Shown here in pieces: positions 11,994 through 24,908 of a stretch of 64,000 bases of DNA. A model generated the notes under the pieces. It was not told the DNA's origin. It made no database searches and saw only the letters and a list, made by a program, of their open reading frames with translations. Each line of letters starts with the position of its first letter. Position 1 is the stretch's first letter. The translations under genes and the position numbers were made by a program. The DNA is from Selaginella moellendorffii (Eukaryota; Plantae; Lycopodiophyta): the NCBI RefSeq assembly GCF_000143415.4, contig NW_003314283.1, positions 985,734 through 1,049,733 on the forward strand, read 5' to 3'.

Positions 11994-14240
11994 ATGATCC
12001 CCTCTCGCCAAAATGTTAAGCTTGGTTTCTTCTGCTTCTTACACCGCCACAAATCCTTCTCACTGAGAAGAACCACCCAAAGAGACGACGAAAAGAATGT
12101 TTTGCTTGGAGCGCTCAAGTCGTGTAGCTTCTCGGGAGACCTGGAAAGAGGTAAAAAACTCCACTTGGAAGCGATCGAGAGAGAGCTCCATACCGACGTC
12201 TATATCGCAACCTCGCTTGTTCATATGTACGCCAAGTGCGGCAGCATGGCGGAAGCTTGGCAAGTCTTCCAGAGCATCAGCAATCCAACGATCGTCTCCT
12301 GGAACGCTTTGATCCTGGGATGCGTCGAGAACGAGCAGTGCTCGCTCGCTCTCGAGATCTTCTCTCAAACGAGGGCTCCAAACTCTGGAACTTTCACAGC
12401 TGCTGTCATGGCTTGCTCGGGCTTGGCCGAGAGAGAAGAATGGCAGGAGCTGGATCGTTGTCTCGTCAAGATCAAGAGCCTGGAACAGGGAATGGTGATC
12501 CATTCTAGGAAACAATCGGCAGGCCTACCGGAGAGCTTGTTTGTGGAGAATTCTTTGATCGATATGTACTCGAAGTGTGGATGTTTGCTGGATGCCCGGA
12601 TGGTTTTTGACAGGATGAAGTTCCACGACGTCGTGTCGTGGAATTCCCTGCTGCTGGGATACGTCGAGAATGGATTTTGCGTGTTGGCCCTGGAGTTGTT
12701 CTCGCGGATGGAAACTTCGGGCTTGAGACCCGACCCGAGAACGTTTGTAGCAGCACTTATAGCCTGCGCTCCAGAAGAGAGTACTATCAGCAAAGAAGAA
12801 GAAGAGAACAGTGAAAGAAAAAGAGATGGACTTACAACCTGCCTGGAGAAGACGATGGCTCTTCACTCCCAGGCAGCAGCAGCTGGTTTAGTCGAATCCC
12901 AGATTTTTGTGGCCAACACGCTGGTCGATCTGTATGGAAAGTGTGGAAGCTCAGTGGATGCTCGCAAGGTGTTCGATAGAATGGCTCACCACAGCACTGT
13001 TTCGTGGAACGCTGTTCTCTTGGGATACGTCGAGTGTGGAGAGAGCGAGCTAGCTATGGAAGTGTTCTTGGCGATGGAAGAAATCAAAGATAGAGGAGGA
13101 GTAACACCAAACACTAGAACTTATCTCGCGGCACTGAAAGCATGTGCGGGGATCGCAGACAAAGAGGAAGAGCATGAAAAGAAAATGATGGAAGAACACG
13201 AAGAAGTTGACGAAGAGTTACGCAAGAACATCAAGAACGAAGAACTTGACGTAAACTTGGGACGAGGAGGAAGAGCAGCGAAGCTAAAATCTCTCAAGAG
13301 AGCACTCTGGATCCACCATCGCTTACCTCGAGGAAGTAGTGATATCTTCATCGAGAACACGCTGATCGAGCTATACTCCAACTGTGGCTCCCTCTTGGAC
13401 GCTCGGAGAGTCTTCGATTCCATGCCTCTCCACAACCTCGTCTCCTGGAACGCGATGGTGGTGGCATGCGTCGAGAATGGCGAGCCGGAGATGGGAATGG
13501 ATCTCCTCGATTCTATCCGAGATCGAGAGCTTCTCCCGGACGCCCAAATCCTGGTCTCCACGCTCGCGGCCACGACCAGCCTCGATCTCTCGCTAGAAAA
13601 TGGGACGATCCAAATGCCCTCTCTGGGCAAATGCTGCAAGCGCCGGATCCACGCCCTTGCCTGCCGCTGGGGGCTCGAGACAAATCAACTCCTGGCCAGC
13701 AGCGCGATCGACCTCTACGCCAAGTCCGGTGGATCCATGCCCGCCGCGCAGCACATCTTCGATTCCTCGCCATCGCCCTCCGCCAGGGCCTGCTGGAACG
13801 CCCTCCTGGCGGGCTACTCGATCCACGGCAACTGCGATCGGGTGCTCGATCTCTTCGCCCAGATGCGCAGAGAAGCCACCGATCCCGACGCGATCACGCT
13901 GCTGGCGATCCTGGCGGCGTGCAGCCGCGGCGGAATGCCCGATCTGGCGAGGAGAATCCTGGCAGCCATGCCGGAGAGGCATGGGATCTCGCCCAGCGCG
14001 CGGCACTACGCCTGTGTGGCGGACGCGCTGGCGAGGGCGGGGCGCGGCGGAGAGGCGGTGGAGGTGGTGGCGGGGATGCCCGTGGCGGCGGATGGGGCGT
14101 GCTGGATGGCGGTGCTGGGGTCGTGTCGGCGGTGGAGGAATGTGGCAGCGGCGGAGAAGGCGTTCCAGGAGCTGCTCAAGATCGACGAGAGCAAGCCCGC
14201 CGCCTATCTGCTCATGGCGAACACTTACTGCTACTACTGA
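11994..14240 (+). CDS. PLS-class PPR protein (E-type end) with charged insertions
   Basis: 748-aa ORF with repeated LVHMYAKCGS...VSWNALI motifs, ending HYACVADALARAG...AYLLMANTY. Confidence 0.92.
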   Translation: MIPSRQNVKLGFFCFLHRHKSFSLRRTTQRDDEKNVLLGALKSCSFSGDLERGKKLHLEAIERELHTDVYIATSLVHMYAKCGSMAEAWQVFQSISNPTIVSWNALILGCVENEQCSLALEIFSQTRAPNSGTFTAAVMACSGLAEREEWQELDRCLVKIKSLEQGMVIHSRKQSAGLPESLFVENSLIDMYSKCGCLLDARMVFDRMKFHDVVSWNSLLLGYVENGFCVLALELFSRMETSGLRPDPRTFVAALIACAPEESTISKEEEENSERKRDGLTTCLEKTMALHSQAAAAGLVESQIFVANTLVDLYGKCGSSVDARKVFDRMAHHSTVSWNAVLLGYVECGESELAMEVFLAMEEIKDRGGVTPNTRTYLAALKACAGIADKEEEHEKKMMEEHEEVDEELRKNIKNEELDVNLGRGGRAAKLKSLKRALWIHHRLPRGSSDIFIENTLIELYSNCGSLLDARRVFDSMPLHNLVSWNAMVVACVENGEPEMGMDLLDSIRDRELLPDAQILVSTLAATTSLDLSLENGTIQMPSLGKCCKRRIHALACRWGLETNQLLASSAIDLYAKSGGSMPAAQHIFDSSPSPSARACWNALLAGYSIHGNCDRVLDLFAQMRREATDPDAITLLAILAACSRGGMPDLARRILAAMPERHGISPSARHYACVADALARAGRGGEAVEVVAGMPVAADGACWMAVLGSCRRWRNVAAAEKAFQELLKIDESKPAAYLLMANTYCYY

Positions 14241-14431
14241 AGAGCCCTAAATATAAGCGAAGCTTTTACAAAAACGAATATCCTTTAAGGGAAAAATAAT
14301 TTCCGGTTTAAAACATTACTAAGAGAATATCCTATAACGGCTAGAGAATATGCTTCCAAATACGAAAAACTTAACCAATGGTTTAGATTGTTTTATTTCG
14401 AGCCAACAAGAATTTATACACAAGAACAAGA

Positions 14432-17400
14432 TCAGAAGTTGCATCTATCCTCGCTCCCATCGTACAAATCGTCGTGGATCTCGTCCTCGAAACCATCATC
14501 TTGCCGATGATGCTCATAATAATCTCTCGACGAATCCTCCTCCTCTCCCTGCCCACACGGATCGTTCCCAGCAGCGATCTTCTCACCTTCCTGGGGAGTA
14601 CTGCTCTCTTCGTATCGCTCTTCTTCTTGCTCGAGCGCAGCGTCGTCACGATGATCTTCTTCTCTCCACAAATCCTCAGCGTAAAGCTCCTCTCCCTGTC
14701 CTTGTTGGTCACTCTCGGCCACGAGCTCCTCGTCCTCGTCCTCGTCGATGGCCTCCATTGGAGTGTAGTTCTTGTATTGTGCAAGCTCTTGCTCGAGGGC
14801 GGCAGCGTCTTGCTCGGCCTCCATGGCTGCGGCTGCCGTGTCCGGATCCACGTCCGTGAACTGGAACTTCACTCTCTCTGCCATGACGCACATCGGACAG
14901 GGCGCAGCTCTCTGTAGCCGGGACTCCAAAAGCCTCTGCTGCAAAGTTGCCATCTCCGTGGCGTGCCGCCGCTTGAGTTTCTCCATCTCCCTGTACATTC
15001 TATCTGCGTCTTGCTCCGCCAGTGCCGCAGCGTCCTAAACCAAACAACAAAAAGGTTTGTCAGCTGGCAAACAATCGAAAGAGCTTTCAGGCTTACGTTC
15101 GCGATCGCGGCGGCCTCCTCCGCTTCTTTCAAACGGACAAGCAGCTCCCCAGCAGCTTGTACGGCCTCGGCGGTGTCACGCAGCTGCGACTGGAGGAACT
15201 CAATCTCCTCGTTCGCGGCTTCTCGCTCCTGCTCACGCTCGAGATTCAACGCGACTATCTGAGCTGCCTGCGACTCGAGCCACTTCAGCTGTGACGAGCT
15301 TGCCCCTGCTCGCATGGCCATCTGCCTCACGTCCGTTACTCCCTCGCGGATCCTCCGTTGCTTTGCTACGAGCGCTACATGCTTCTCTTGGAGCTCTGCA
15401 TACTGCTCCAGCAGCCGGGCATGACCTGTCATTGCTACTTCCAATGCGTCCTGCAGCTCCTCGACTTCACGACGTCGTGCTTGATTGTCATCCGCCTTGT
15501 CCGGATCTCTCTGTTGCGCCAATGCAAAGTACTCTGGCATCTGCTCGTCATGCTTTTCGGGAGTCGCGTTGTGATCGTTTTCTCTGCTGTCGTCGACAGT
15601 GTTTTCTTTGATGCTCTCGACAGAATTTTCTCTGCCCTCGACAGCATTCTCGTCAATCTCCATTTCTTCATCCGAATCCGAATCCACCGTTGCTGGCACC
15701 GTCATTGGAAGCGCTAGACTTAGTCTCAAGAGGTTGTAGCTCCTACGGGCGTTGCATGCGCTGGAATAAGGACCGTCAACTCCTTGTTGCTTTTCCTTGG
15801 ATTTCATGCGCTTTAACTCATCCTGTGGCAGCCAGAGGCAAAACGTTCGGAAACTAAGTCAGCTAGGATTAAGTATCATTACCTTAAGTTGACGTATTTG
15901 CTCCCTCAGCAAGTTAGAGTCGGAGGTAGTTTCCTCGTTGACAACCGCCTTGTTCTGTATAGCCTTCGCTCGTTGAGCAAATCTCAAGGTACTAGTTGAC
16001 TCGCTTTTGCAGCTGCATCACGGAAGAAAAGACCATCCACAAAGAACGATTCATACAGGAAATTTACCTGTCGGCTGGGGATACTGCACATATCATTGCC
16101 AGTTTGGCATTGCCACCAAGGGACTCTTGCAAGAGAAATGTAAGCCGGGAGTCCCGATATGGTACATGGCGTTGCTTTCCTGATTGAGCAATTTCTGCCA
16201 GTATGTTGATCACGTTTCTGTACAAAATGTCAGTTTATGTACCAGCGACTTAAAACTACATACCCAAGCTGTGAGAGAGATTTGTTTATGTTGCCAGCTT
16301 CTTTCAAACGTTCACCTGCAGCACCACTTTGTTTTTGTCTCTCCGATCCAGCAAGATCCACCAAATTAATGCGGCTTCTTCGAACGCTGCTCATACCGTC
16401 CGCCAACGTCTGCTCCAAACCATGACTATTAGTGAGAAATCTTTACCATCCACTCACCTTGTACCGGCATTCTAGCACACAAGTGAATACGGTGTGTGAC
16501 CGAGAGCTTTCCGTGTTCAGAGAAGTTGCACCTATTCTACGGTTTCCTAGCCCTTTAAGAAGAAGCCGGGAGACATCATCCATGTTCGACACGTATTCCT
16601 CGGTAAGGTTGTCAACATAGACGCCAGTTTTTACATCTTCCCGAACCTGTATGCCACAAATAAACCTTGTGGCGAATTCAAAGTCGTGTTACCTGAAGGT
16701 TTTTGTGCCTTGGCTCCAAGAGGTCAGCAATTTGTTCGTTATAAATCTGCAACAAGATGTTAGGAGACATGCATTCGTTGTAGATGAAATTTTACCTCGA
16801 GAAAGGAGCAGCGGCACTGAAAAAACAGCTGCTTCTCTGCATTTTTTGTCTCCTCCTGTGAAAGAGAGAGTCCTGTCAGATAAAATATAAGAAGTCCGCG
16901 AGAAAGAAACCATACCTCTTTTATTCGCGAAAACAATGTCTCAAACACCCGTGGCGTCACTCCCCTCTCGGCGCTAGGAGGCTTTCCACTTGTGGGATCA
17001 TGGACAACTCCCCACATCGTGTATGTTTTTCCACTCCCTGTCTGCAAGGAAGAAGATGTTTCAATACAATGTCACATGCATGCGAGGTAAATACCTGTCC
17101 ATAAGCAAAAATCGAACTGTTAAATCCAGCCAAACAATTTTCCACCATTGGCAATCCAACCAGCTTAAACATCTCCTCCTGCAAACGGAGATCAAAGCTT
17201 TAGCAAATAAAACTAAAATCATCCATTCACATATACCTGAGTAGAATCCTCATCAGCAACAGCATCGAAAGTGTAATGCTGGTCGCAAATCGAGAGAGAG
17301 TTCGTGGATGCCTTGCTGATAATAGCGCTAGATTGCTCCAGCAGCTCCTTCTTGTTGAATGGCCTCACTCTAACGAGAACCTGGCATAACGCAACAAAAA

Positions 17401-17749
17401 GAGGGGAAGTTAAAACCTCTGGAATTTCTTACACTGACCAGCTTACCGAGACTCCAGTGTCGCTGGATTTCTCGCTGTCCGCCGGTTGCTCGGAATTCTG
17501 CTGCTCCCACAGTAGCTTGCGCTTTGGAATTTTGCTCGCGGACGAAGGGGGCCGGGGCGGAAGCCCGGGGCTGGAATGCAATGGCGTGAAATTCCCCTTG
17601 ACTGCTGCCTTGACGCCGGATTTGCAATGCAGGGGAGACTCACCGCAGAGATTACTCCCTCCCCGCCCCGGCGTCGTGTTTGGGGGCACATTCTCAGCAT
17701 TTCTCTTGATCTTGTGCTTGACCGGCGAGCTTCTTGCTTGAAACGCCAT
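14432..17749 (-). CDS. Kinesin-12 family motor (PAKRP1/KIN12-like), multi-exon
   Basis: Motor motifs FAYGQ|[54 protein letters not shown]; C-terminal [19 protein letters not shown] and [19 protein letters not shown] typical of PAKRP1-type tails. Confidence 0.92.
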
Positions 17750-17910
17750 CGCAATCTATACGATCGATCGCCCGCTGGATCCTCTCTCGCAATCCCTACA
17801 AATCTACCAGGCGCCTCCTCCCATACCTAGAAGATCCTCCCACGCGCTCGGCAAAACCCTAAAGAAGCACACCCAGAGAGAAAAAACACTGCCCCTCTCA
17901 AAAACGCCTA

Positions 17911-17922
17911 GTGACCGTTGAA
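17911..17922 (-). promoter_or_regulatory. MSA-like (AACGG) mitosis-specific element upstream of the kinesin-12 gene
   Basis: Minus strand reads TTCAACGGTCAC ~165 nt upstream of the ATG; consistent with MYB3R control of phragmoplast kinesins, but a short motif. Confidence 0.4.
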
Positions 17923-18107
17923 GGCCATGTCAGATATCCACGTGGCAACCAGCATATTCCGACAGCCTAAACATCTTGGTTAATTGAAACTCAAGAACCC
18001 TAAAACAGGTTACCTTTAACATAAGAACCCTAAAACCGGTTAAAAATGAAGAGCCCTAAAATCTTATTAACTTCCAAAAGTTGATGTTATTCTTTCGCAA
18101 AGTTTTC

Positions 18108-19776
18108 TTAGCCATTTTTGCTAGTAGCTTCTTCCTCGTCCAGTAGGATCTGCTTACACGCCTCGTAGCACATGAAAGAAATCCCGGCGGCGGGGACGAG
18201 CTTGATGCAGCTTGCACCGATTCCACGGTAGAGTCCGGCGACGCCTTGCTTCTCCACGATCCCGCTCAAGGCATGGAAGAGATGGCGATAGACCTGTCGC
18301 CCATTTAGAGCTCCCACTTGCATTTGCTTCCTCGCCACCTCCAGGGGATACGTAGCGCTGCTCGAGATCACTCCAGCGGCGGAACCGATCAAGAGCGTTG
18401 CCAGATGCCCCACTCGATCCTCCTTTGCCAACCTCCGGTAGCCTTTCTTGAGAGATTCGTAGGCCAGGTAGTTTATCCCGCAGTAAGGGATGATGCCGAT
18501 GACGCTGGGAACCAGGCCGCGGTAGAGCTCCAGGGGCCCTTCGTCCTGGACGATCTTCAGGAAGGCGTGCAAGAGATTGTCGTAGACGCCCCTCTGCGAA
18601 GGATTGGCGAGCTCTTTTAATCCATTCCATCGGCAAGATGAGAAGAGAACTGTGCTGGTACCTGGACTGTGAGTCGCGTTTTCAAGAGCTCCAGGGGGTA
18701 AGTTAGGACTGTGGAGCACACTCCAGCGGCAGCACCAGCGATTGTGGGAACTGGAAGTGGAAAGGAGATCCTCGGGGCTTCTCCTTCTTTCGGTTGCAAG
18801 ACCTTCTTCACAGTGTCGTAAGCAAACAACTGCGAAGGAAAACCAAACCAGTGAGCCTTCAAAGTCGCAAGAAAATGTTATCTAAGTTTCAGTCACAATC
18901 CTCGAACTATACCTTATCTCAGTTTCAACTCTAAAGCAAACCAACGAGCTAAAGTTCACTCACAGTCAAACTATCCATCTAGCTCGATCGGAAAACAATA
19001 GAAACACTCTCCATCTAGCGCTTCATGAGAAGGACTCAAAGAAAAAACTGAACCTCGATAGCTTTTCTAGTTTATCTCAGTCCCAACTCTACACCGAAGC
19101 TAAAGTTCACTCACTCACAATCAGACTATCCATCTAGCTCAATCAAACAATGATCTCTCAAGAACTCTCCATCTAACTCTACACAAGGACTCGAAGGAAA
19201 AACTGAAGAGAAGAAGCCTACCTCGATAGCTTTGCTAGGAGTGACGCGGATGACATTGATCCCGTTGCCTCGAAACAATCCTTGCCAGCCTTCGTGCTGC
19301 ATGATATGGACGAACACAGCACCGACGGAGTTCCCAGCATTTCCAACCATCAAATGCGTCCGGATCGTCTCAAGTGGTGCCACAGCAGTTCGAGACACTG
19401 CTCCTGCAAACGCACCACTGAGCAACCGTCTCAAAGATGGATTCTTAACCTTCACCTTCTTGAGTCTAAAGAGCTCCTGCCACCAAAGAAAAAAAATCTT
19501 CCCCCCCTCTTCCTCCCTCCTTTTCCCTGCTACCTTCTCACTCTCCTCTCCGATCATCAATTCCTCCTTCAAATCCTCGATCGGCGGCCACAGCGCTTGC
19601 TGGAGGCTCGAGGCCCGACTCTTCGGCCACGTCGCCTCTATGAGCTTGTGCTGCTCCGAGCAGATCAGCGCCGGCAGCGCCGCGATCGAGGAGCAATCGG
19701 CCAGGCTCTGGGACGCCTTCTTCACCGCTACCTGCATCGCATCGATGGATTGTGCCTTGAGCAATCCCCTCGACAT
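18108..19776 (-). CDS. BT1: Mitochondrial-carrier family adenine nucleotide transporter, Brittle1-like; 3 exons
   Basis: NPSLRRLLSGAFAGAVSRTAVAPLETIRTHLMVG, GLFRGNGINVIRVTPSKAIE|LFAYDT, YPLELLKTRL, YPLEVARKQMQVG, KLVPAAGISFMCYEACK. Confidence 0.92.
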
Positions 19777-20724
19777 TTCTATCGCTGCTAATCGCTCAAT
19801 CGATCAATCGTCCCCCCTCCTCACCTAAGAGTCAACGAAATCCCGCTACTAATCTGGACTAGAAACCCTGCCCGGACTGTAGACGCATTCTTTTCTCCGC
19901 TGTTCGTCCAGATCATCGCCGCCGCGAATGCGATGGAAGAAGAAGAAGAACTAACCGGATGAGAGATTGGAGCCGAGCACTCGAGCACCACGAAAGCATC
20001 GCCCCAGCGCCATGAAATTAGGGCTCTGGGGCCCGGCGGATATAAAGCAGCTACTCACACAGCCTCACATTAACACTTGGTAAGCCACGTGGCAGAATAT
20101 ACACCATATCTCGTCTTATTCAAAGAATCTGGCGTTTAGGGGTTAGGGTTTAGGTTTTGAGCTTTTCACTTTTCTTTTGGTCTTTTGGCGCCCAGTCATA
20201 AGATCGCTTGTGGAATGGAAAATTCATTCATTCATTTATATACTATTCACAAGGTCTCTCACAGTGCCCCCCAAAAAACATGAAGACCGACCGATTCAAA
20301 TGTTCCGTGGTGACAAAAATGTGATCATAGAGCTTGATTTACAAATTACATAATTACACAAATACTCACCAATGTTAATAGTAAGGGAGCATCGGTGTCC
20401 CTGTGAGAAAGAGCCTCCTGAAAGCTGGCATTTGGTGACTTTCTCTAAAAGGACTTAGAAACAATAGGCTATAAAACATCCAGATTTCCAAAAAGGAAAT
20501 GAATTTAAATCACAATATTATAAGTTTATTGTAAGTTAATATGTTGAAATATAAAATTTGTAATATTACTATAATTGATATAAGACTGAGTCAAGTTTAT
20601 ACGCTAAGAAGTCTCTATAGCTCGTTTCCACGATACAACCGATTTGCCGACACGTGTCATTATAAAAGCTATTGTATTGTAGGTTTTAAACAGGAGTGTC
20701 ACTGAAGAGAGGGATTTTGTGGCG

Positions 20725-22013
20725 ATGGCAGAGGGAGCGAGCAAGAAGATGATGGCGGCCTTGCAGTACTCCAAGTACGGCGAAGGCGCCGCTGGTCTCA
20801 AGGTATGATCGAGCTAAATGCCCCAAAATTCTTGGATGATCGAGCCCTGGAAATGTTGCAGCATGTGGAGATCCCAGTCCCGACGCCCAAGAAGGACGAA
20901 ATTCTGGTCAAGATCGAAGCTGCAGCGATTAATCCCGTGGATTGGAAGCTCCAGAAGGGAATGCTCAAGGTCATCTATTCTATCAAATTTCCATACATAC
21001 CTTGTAAGCAGGCTTTTTTTCTCTGGAGCTGGAATTGAGGTTCTTGGCTTTTTTTTTTCTTTTTTGTCTTCTTGATCTCTGCAGGCACTGATGTGAGTGG
21101 AGAAGTTGTGAGCGTTGGTCCCGGCGTCACTGGATTCTCACAGGGAGACAAAGTTATCTCTTGGCTTGATCTTAAGGTGATTTTCACTTTTTTTTTTTTT
21201 CTCTCTCGCTTGAGAGGTTTGTGACACTTAAAACTTTGGTGGTTTTCATAGCGCGGTGGAGGATTTGCACAGTATGCTGTAGCTGGAATAAAATACACGG
21301 CCAAGAGGCCATCAGGAGTTTCGGCTGTTGAGGCTGCGGGTTTGCCAGTGGCTGGACTCACTGCGTATCAAAGCCTTCGAGACTCCGGTGGATTGAAGTA
21401 TGATGGATCTTACAAAGGAAACGTTCTCATCACTGCTGCCTCTGGTGGTGTGGGTACTTACGCTGTTCAAGTGAGTTTTTCTTTTTCTTTCTTTGATTTT
21501 TTACTAATGGTTTCTTCTTATCAGCTAGCGAAGCTTGCCGGCGCTCACGTCACTGCAACCTGCGGTACTCGAAACATCGATCTCGTCAGGAGCTTGGGAG
21601 CGGACGAAGTTTTGGATTACAAGACACCGGAGGGTGCTGCGTTGAAGAGTCCATCGGGGAAGAAATACGACGTTGTTCTTCAGTGCGCAACTACAATGCC
21701 ATGGTCCACTTTCCAGCCCGTGCTTTCTTCCAAAGGCAAAGTCATCGATCTAACCCCAACCTTCGGAGTGATGCTCACCAGCGCCTTCAAGTTCCTGACA
21801 ATGTCCAAGCAAAAGATGGCCATCTTCGTGATGTCAGCAAACGCGAAAGATCTGGGAGAGCTGGCCGAGCTCGTGAACGAGAAGAAGGTGAAGTCGTTGA
21901 TCGACTCGGAGTTCCCGCTGGACAAGGCCGAGGATGCTTGGGCGAAGAGCATCGAAAGCCATGCCACTGGAAAGATCGTTGTGACAAACAAGGACGAAGC
22001 TGCAAGCTACTGA
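20725..22013 (+). CDS. ceQORH: Chloroplast envelope quinone oxidoreductase homologue (MDR family), multi-exon
   Basis: MAALQYSKYGEGAAGLK|HVEIPVP, AAINPVDWKLQKG, GTDVSGEV, ITAASGGVGTYAVQ|LAKL, DAWAKSIESHATGKIVV. Confidence 0.9.
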
Positions 22014-22372
22014 CCGGATCTTCATAGCGGTTTGTTTGACGGATCAGTAGTCCATCTACTTGGGGAGGTATGTGAATAGTCAAGAAAGTTTGTATGTCAG
22101 GTACTCGGCTTTTGTTTTTCAACGCGTTATTTTGTTTTATATTTTTCATGCTTTCGTGTAACTGTTTGTGCTTTGTTTTTTTGGCAGAGTTTCGTCATGA
22201 CTGTGGTGGCGCCGTGATTTCGATCTTTGAAGCTTAAGGATTTATTTCTTAAGCTTAAGAGCGATGATCTCCACCTGGCTACGTTTCGTCCTTTCACTGT
22301 CTCATCCAAAAGCACGGCACTGGTGCTCGAGAATTCTAGACTCATGAGTGAGCTCAGTCAGGGAAGAGGCAA

Positions 22373-23260
22373 ATGGCCGGGGACGAAGATCGAAATCACG
22401 GCAGCTCCATTGTCAAGTCTCCCAGCGAAACTCTCCAAATTCTCGCTTCAAAGTTCGACAGCCTCCACATGCTCTCGGCCACGGCAGGATTTCGGCTATG
22501 GATATGGAAGGACTCGATCCAAAACACTCTCCAGCAGCTCCAGCAGCTAGGCAAGAACAACACCTCCAAAGTCAGGCAAGCTTCATGTGAAAACTCTCTA
22601 GGAATCGCTGACAGTGAAAACTCGAGCATAAGTTATCTCCAGCAGCTAGGCAAGAACAGCACCTCCAAAGTCAGGCAAGCTCCATCTGAAAACTCTCTAG
22701 GAATCTCTGACAGTGAAAACTCGAGCATAAGTTCTCTAGCAGCGAGCTCCTCAGGCCAGGAAATCCCGGACAGTGGCTGCCTCGTGATGCCGCCATTCTC
22801 CCCTTACTCGGCCACAGTTCCATGGCACACTGGAACCCGAGCTATTCTTTCGCAGATCTTTCCAAAGTATGGGAACTACTGCGGACCAAACTGGTCGAGC
22901 GGTCGACAAAAAGGATCACTGGTTTGGGACGTACCTCCGGTGGACTGGCTGGATTACTGCTGCTTCAAGCACGACGTTGGCTACGACAGCCATAGCCAGG
23001 AAGATCTCTACAAGGCCGACTTGGAGCTTTTGGAGTGTTTGCGAAGGATGCCACGAGAGAGGCTAGGGCCACACAATCCGAGTGGATTTGTGCGGGAGTT
23101 CTATCGAAGCGTGTGCACTCTGGGTAAGAATGATTTTTTTTTTTTTTCCTGAAGATAGAACCAAAAAAACTATGAATCTTTGTTTTGGAAATCAGGACTG
23201 GAGCGGTTTCTGATACCGTACAGAAGGACGATACTGAGGCAGCAGCGTAGAGTCAAGTGA
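22373..23260 (+). CDS. Phospholipase A2-family protein; exons 22373-23123 and 23196-23260
   Basis: YGNYCGPNWSSG Ca-loop-like motif and DWLDYCCFKHDVGYD (HD dyad); the GT-AG intron gives C-terminal GLERFLIPYRR. Confidence 0.85.
22538..22735 (+). repeat. 99-bp in-frame tandem duplication in the PLA2 N-terminal region
   Basis: LQQLGKN(N/S)TSKVRQA(SC/PS)ENSLGI(A/S)DSENSSIS occurs twice; units start at 22538 and 22637. Confidence 0.9.
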
Positions 23261-23442
23261 TCTCTAGGAAATGGACTTCTAGGATATTCCACGAACAGAT
23301 TCAGCATATCCTTAGACCCTTACTTTTACTGTTAAGTGCACTCATTTGGTCCCTTTAATAATCATGGTGGACAATGTTTTCTTTTTTGTTATTTCTACCT
23401 TTACCTGATGAATACAATAATTTCTTTCAAAATATAATCAGG

Positions 23443-23698
23443 CATCTCAAACATCAGACAGAGCTCCATCAAAGAATTTGAGAATAGGGTACATATATAA
23501 TTTGACAACAAGAGGTTAAGTTCGTCATCTCATCTCCTTTTTTTTCTCCATCTATCTGGACAGATTTGTACGGCAGTGGCGATAGACCAGACCAATCACC
23601 CGCTAAAAACCATGCAATCCCGAGAAACTGTGTCAAATCCTTCCCAATCACTCGATCCAACAAGTAGAAAACAAAAAGAAAAAAAATTATCAGAGAGA
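23443..23698. repeat. Diverged direct copy of the ERF 3' flank (24651-24906)
   Basis: Shared blocks catctcaaacatc, atcaaagaatttgagaatag, aagttcgtcatctcatctc, ctggacagatttg.acggcagtggcg, ctcgatccaa.aagtag.aaacaaa. Confidence 0.85.
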
Positions 23699-23799
23699 CC
23701 TTTCCTTTCTTCTCAAGACTTCTAGAATATTCCAAGAAATGGATTCAGCATATCCTCTGAATTTTATAATATAAAAGATTAAGAGCAGACTATATATAA

Positions 23800-24145
23800 A
23801 AAATTGCTATGCCTTGCATGTAGCAACGCTTGGTTTGCTTAATAGTAGTTTTATTATTATTTATTAATCCAATTGATCAAATAAACTTTATAATTATAAG
23901 TATGTTTGTAATTTATAAACACAAGATTAATCTTATTTCTAGATGAAAGAATAAAAAAGAATATACTAGAAAGGGTTTAAGAAAGTTTATAAATTATAAA
24001 CATGTTTATAAATTATAAATACAAGATTAATCTAAATAAATAACAACCGTTAGATGGTAGAATATCCTAGAATATTCAAGCATATTCTAGGTATATCCAT
24101 TACCATTGCAGTCCTTTTATAGGTTTGCTTAAGCAAACCAAAAAG
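23800..24145. repeat. AT-rich dispersed repeat (non-autonomous element-like) ending in the palindrome GGTTTGCTTAAGCAAACC; inverted copy at ~39865-40135
   Basis: Reverse-complement similarity between the two loci, including the perfect 18-bp palindrome (24122-24139 and 39871-39888). Confidence 0.75.
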
Positions 24146-24908
24146 AGCCCAACCTCCAGCAGCTCTCTAGCAGCAACATCTAAAACTGTTTATGCTTGCA
24201 AATAAGTTTTACCACAAACTTTGTATACTGTTTGAACAATGAACAGTAACTTTCTAAGTGTTATGTTTCACTCTCTCTACTAAGGCCTAATGGATCAAAG
24301 GAGTTACACCTCAAAGGTATATTACTAATGGATAATTATTATTTACAAAACCATCCAGGAACTTCTAACCATTTCCTGGCATTCCCTAACCAAAGAGATG
24401 TTATGAGCTATCAGCTTTCCAACTTGACACATCCAAGAACACAACTTATGCTTTGAAATTTTGAGAAAGCACTAGTCAACTACATGGAGTGAGGCAAACT
24501 CAAAAGGGGTGGCAAGTTTTGGAATTTAGTTGCCAAGAGAGGAAATCTGGAAGAGAAGTGTTAAACCTCAGACTTTGTCAACAGCCTAGCATTTGCTGGG
24601 CAATTTCTAGTGTAAGATGATGTTCTAAAGTTCTAAATCTTTTTTCCAGACATCTCAAACATCGGTGTTCTATCAAAGAATTTGAGAATAGTGTATATAT
24701 AATTTGACAACAATAAAACAAGAGGTAAGTTCGTCATCTCATCTCTCTGGACAGATTTGCACGGCAGTGGCGTTAGACCGGAGAGCACCACCTCGGACAC
24801 ACACTTCACTCCGCTAAAAACCACGCGATCCCCAGAAACTGTGTGTCAAATCCTCCCATCGCTCGATCCAAGAAGTAGGAAACAAAGAAAAAAATTATCC
24901 GAGAGATC

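Noticed and set aside
20133-20158. TTTAGGG-like repeats (also CCCTAAA triplets at ~17993-18062)
   Set aside because: Only 3-4 degenerate units; common telo-box-like promoter motifs, not an interstitial telomere.
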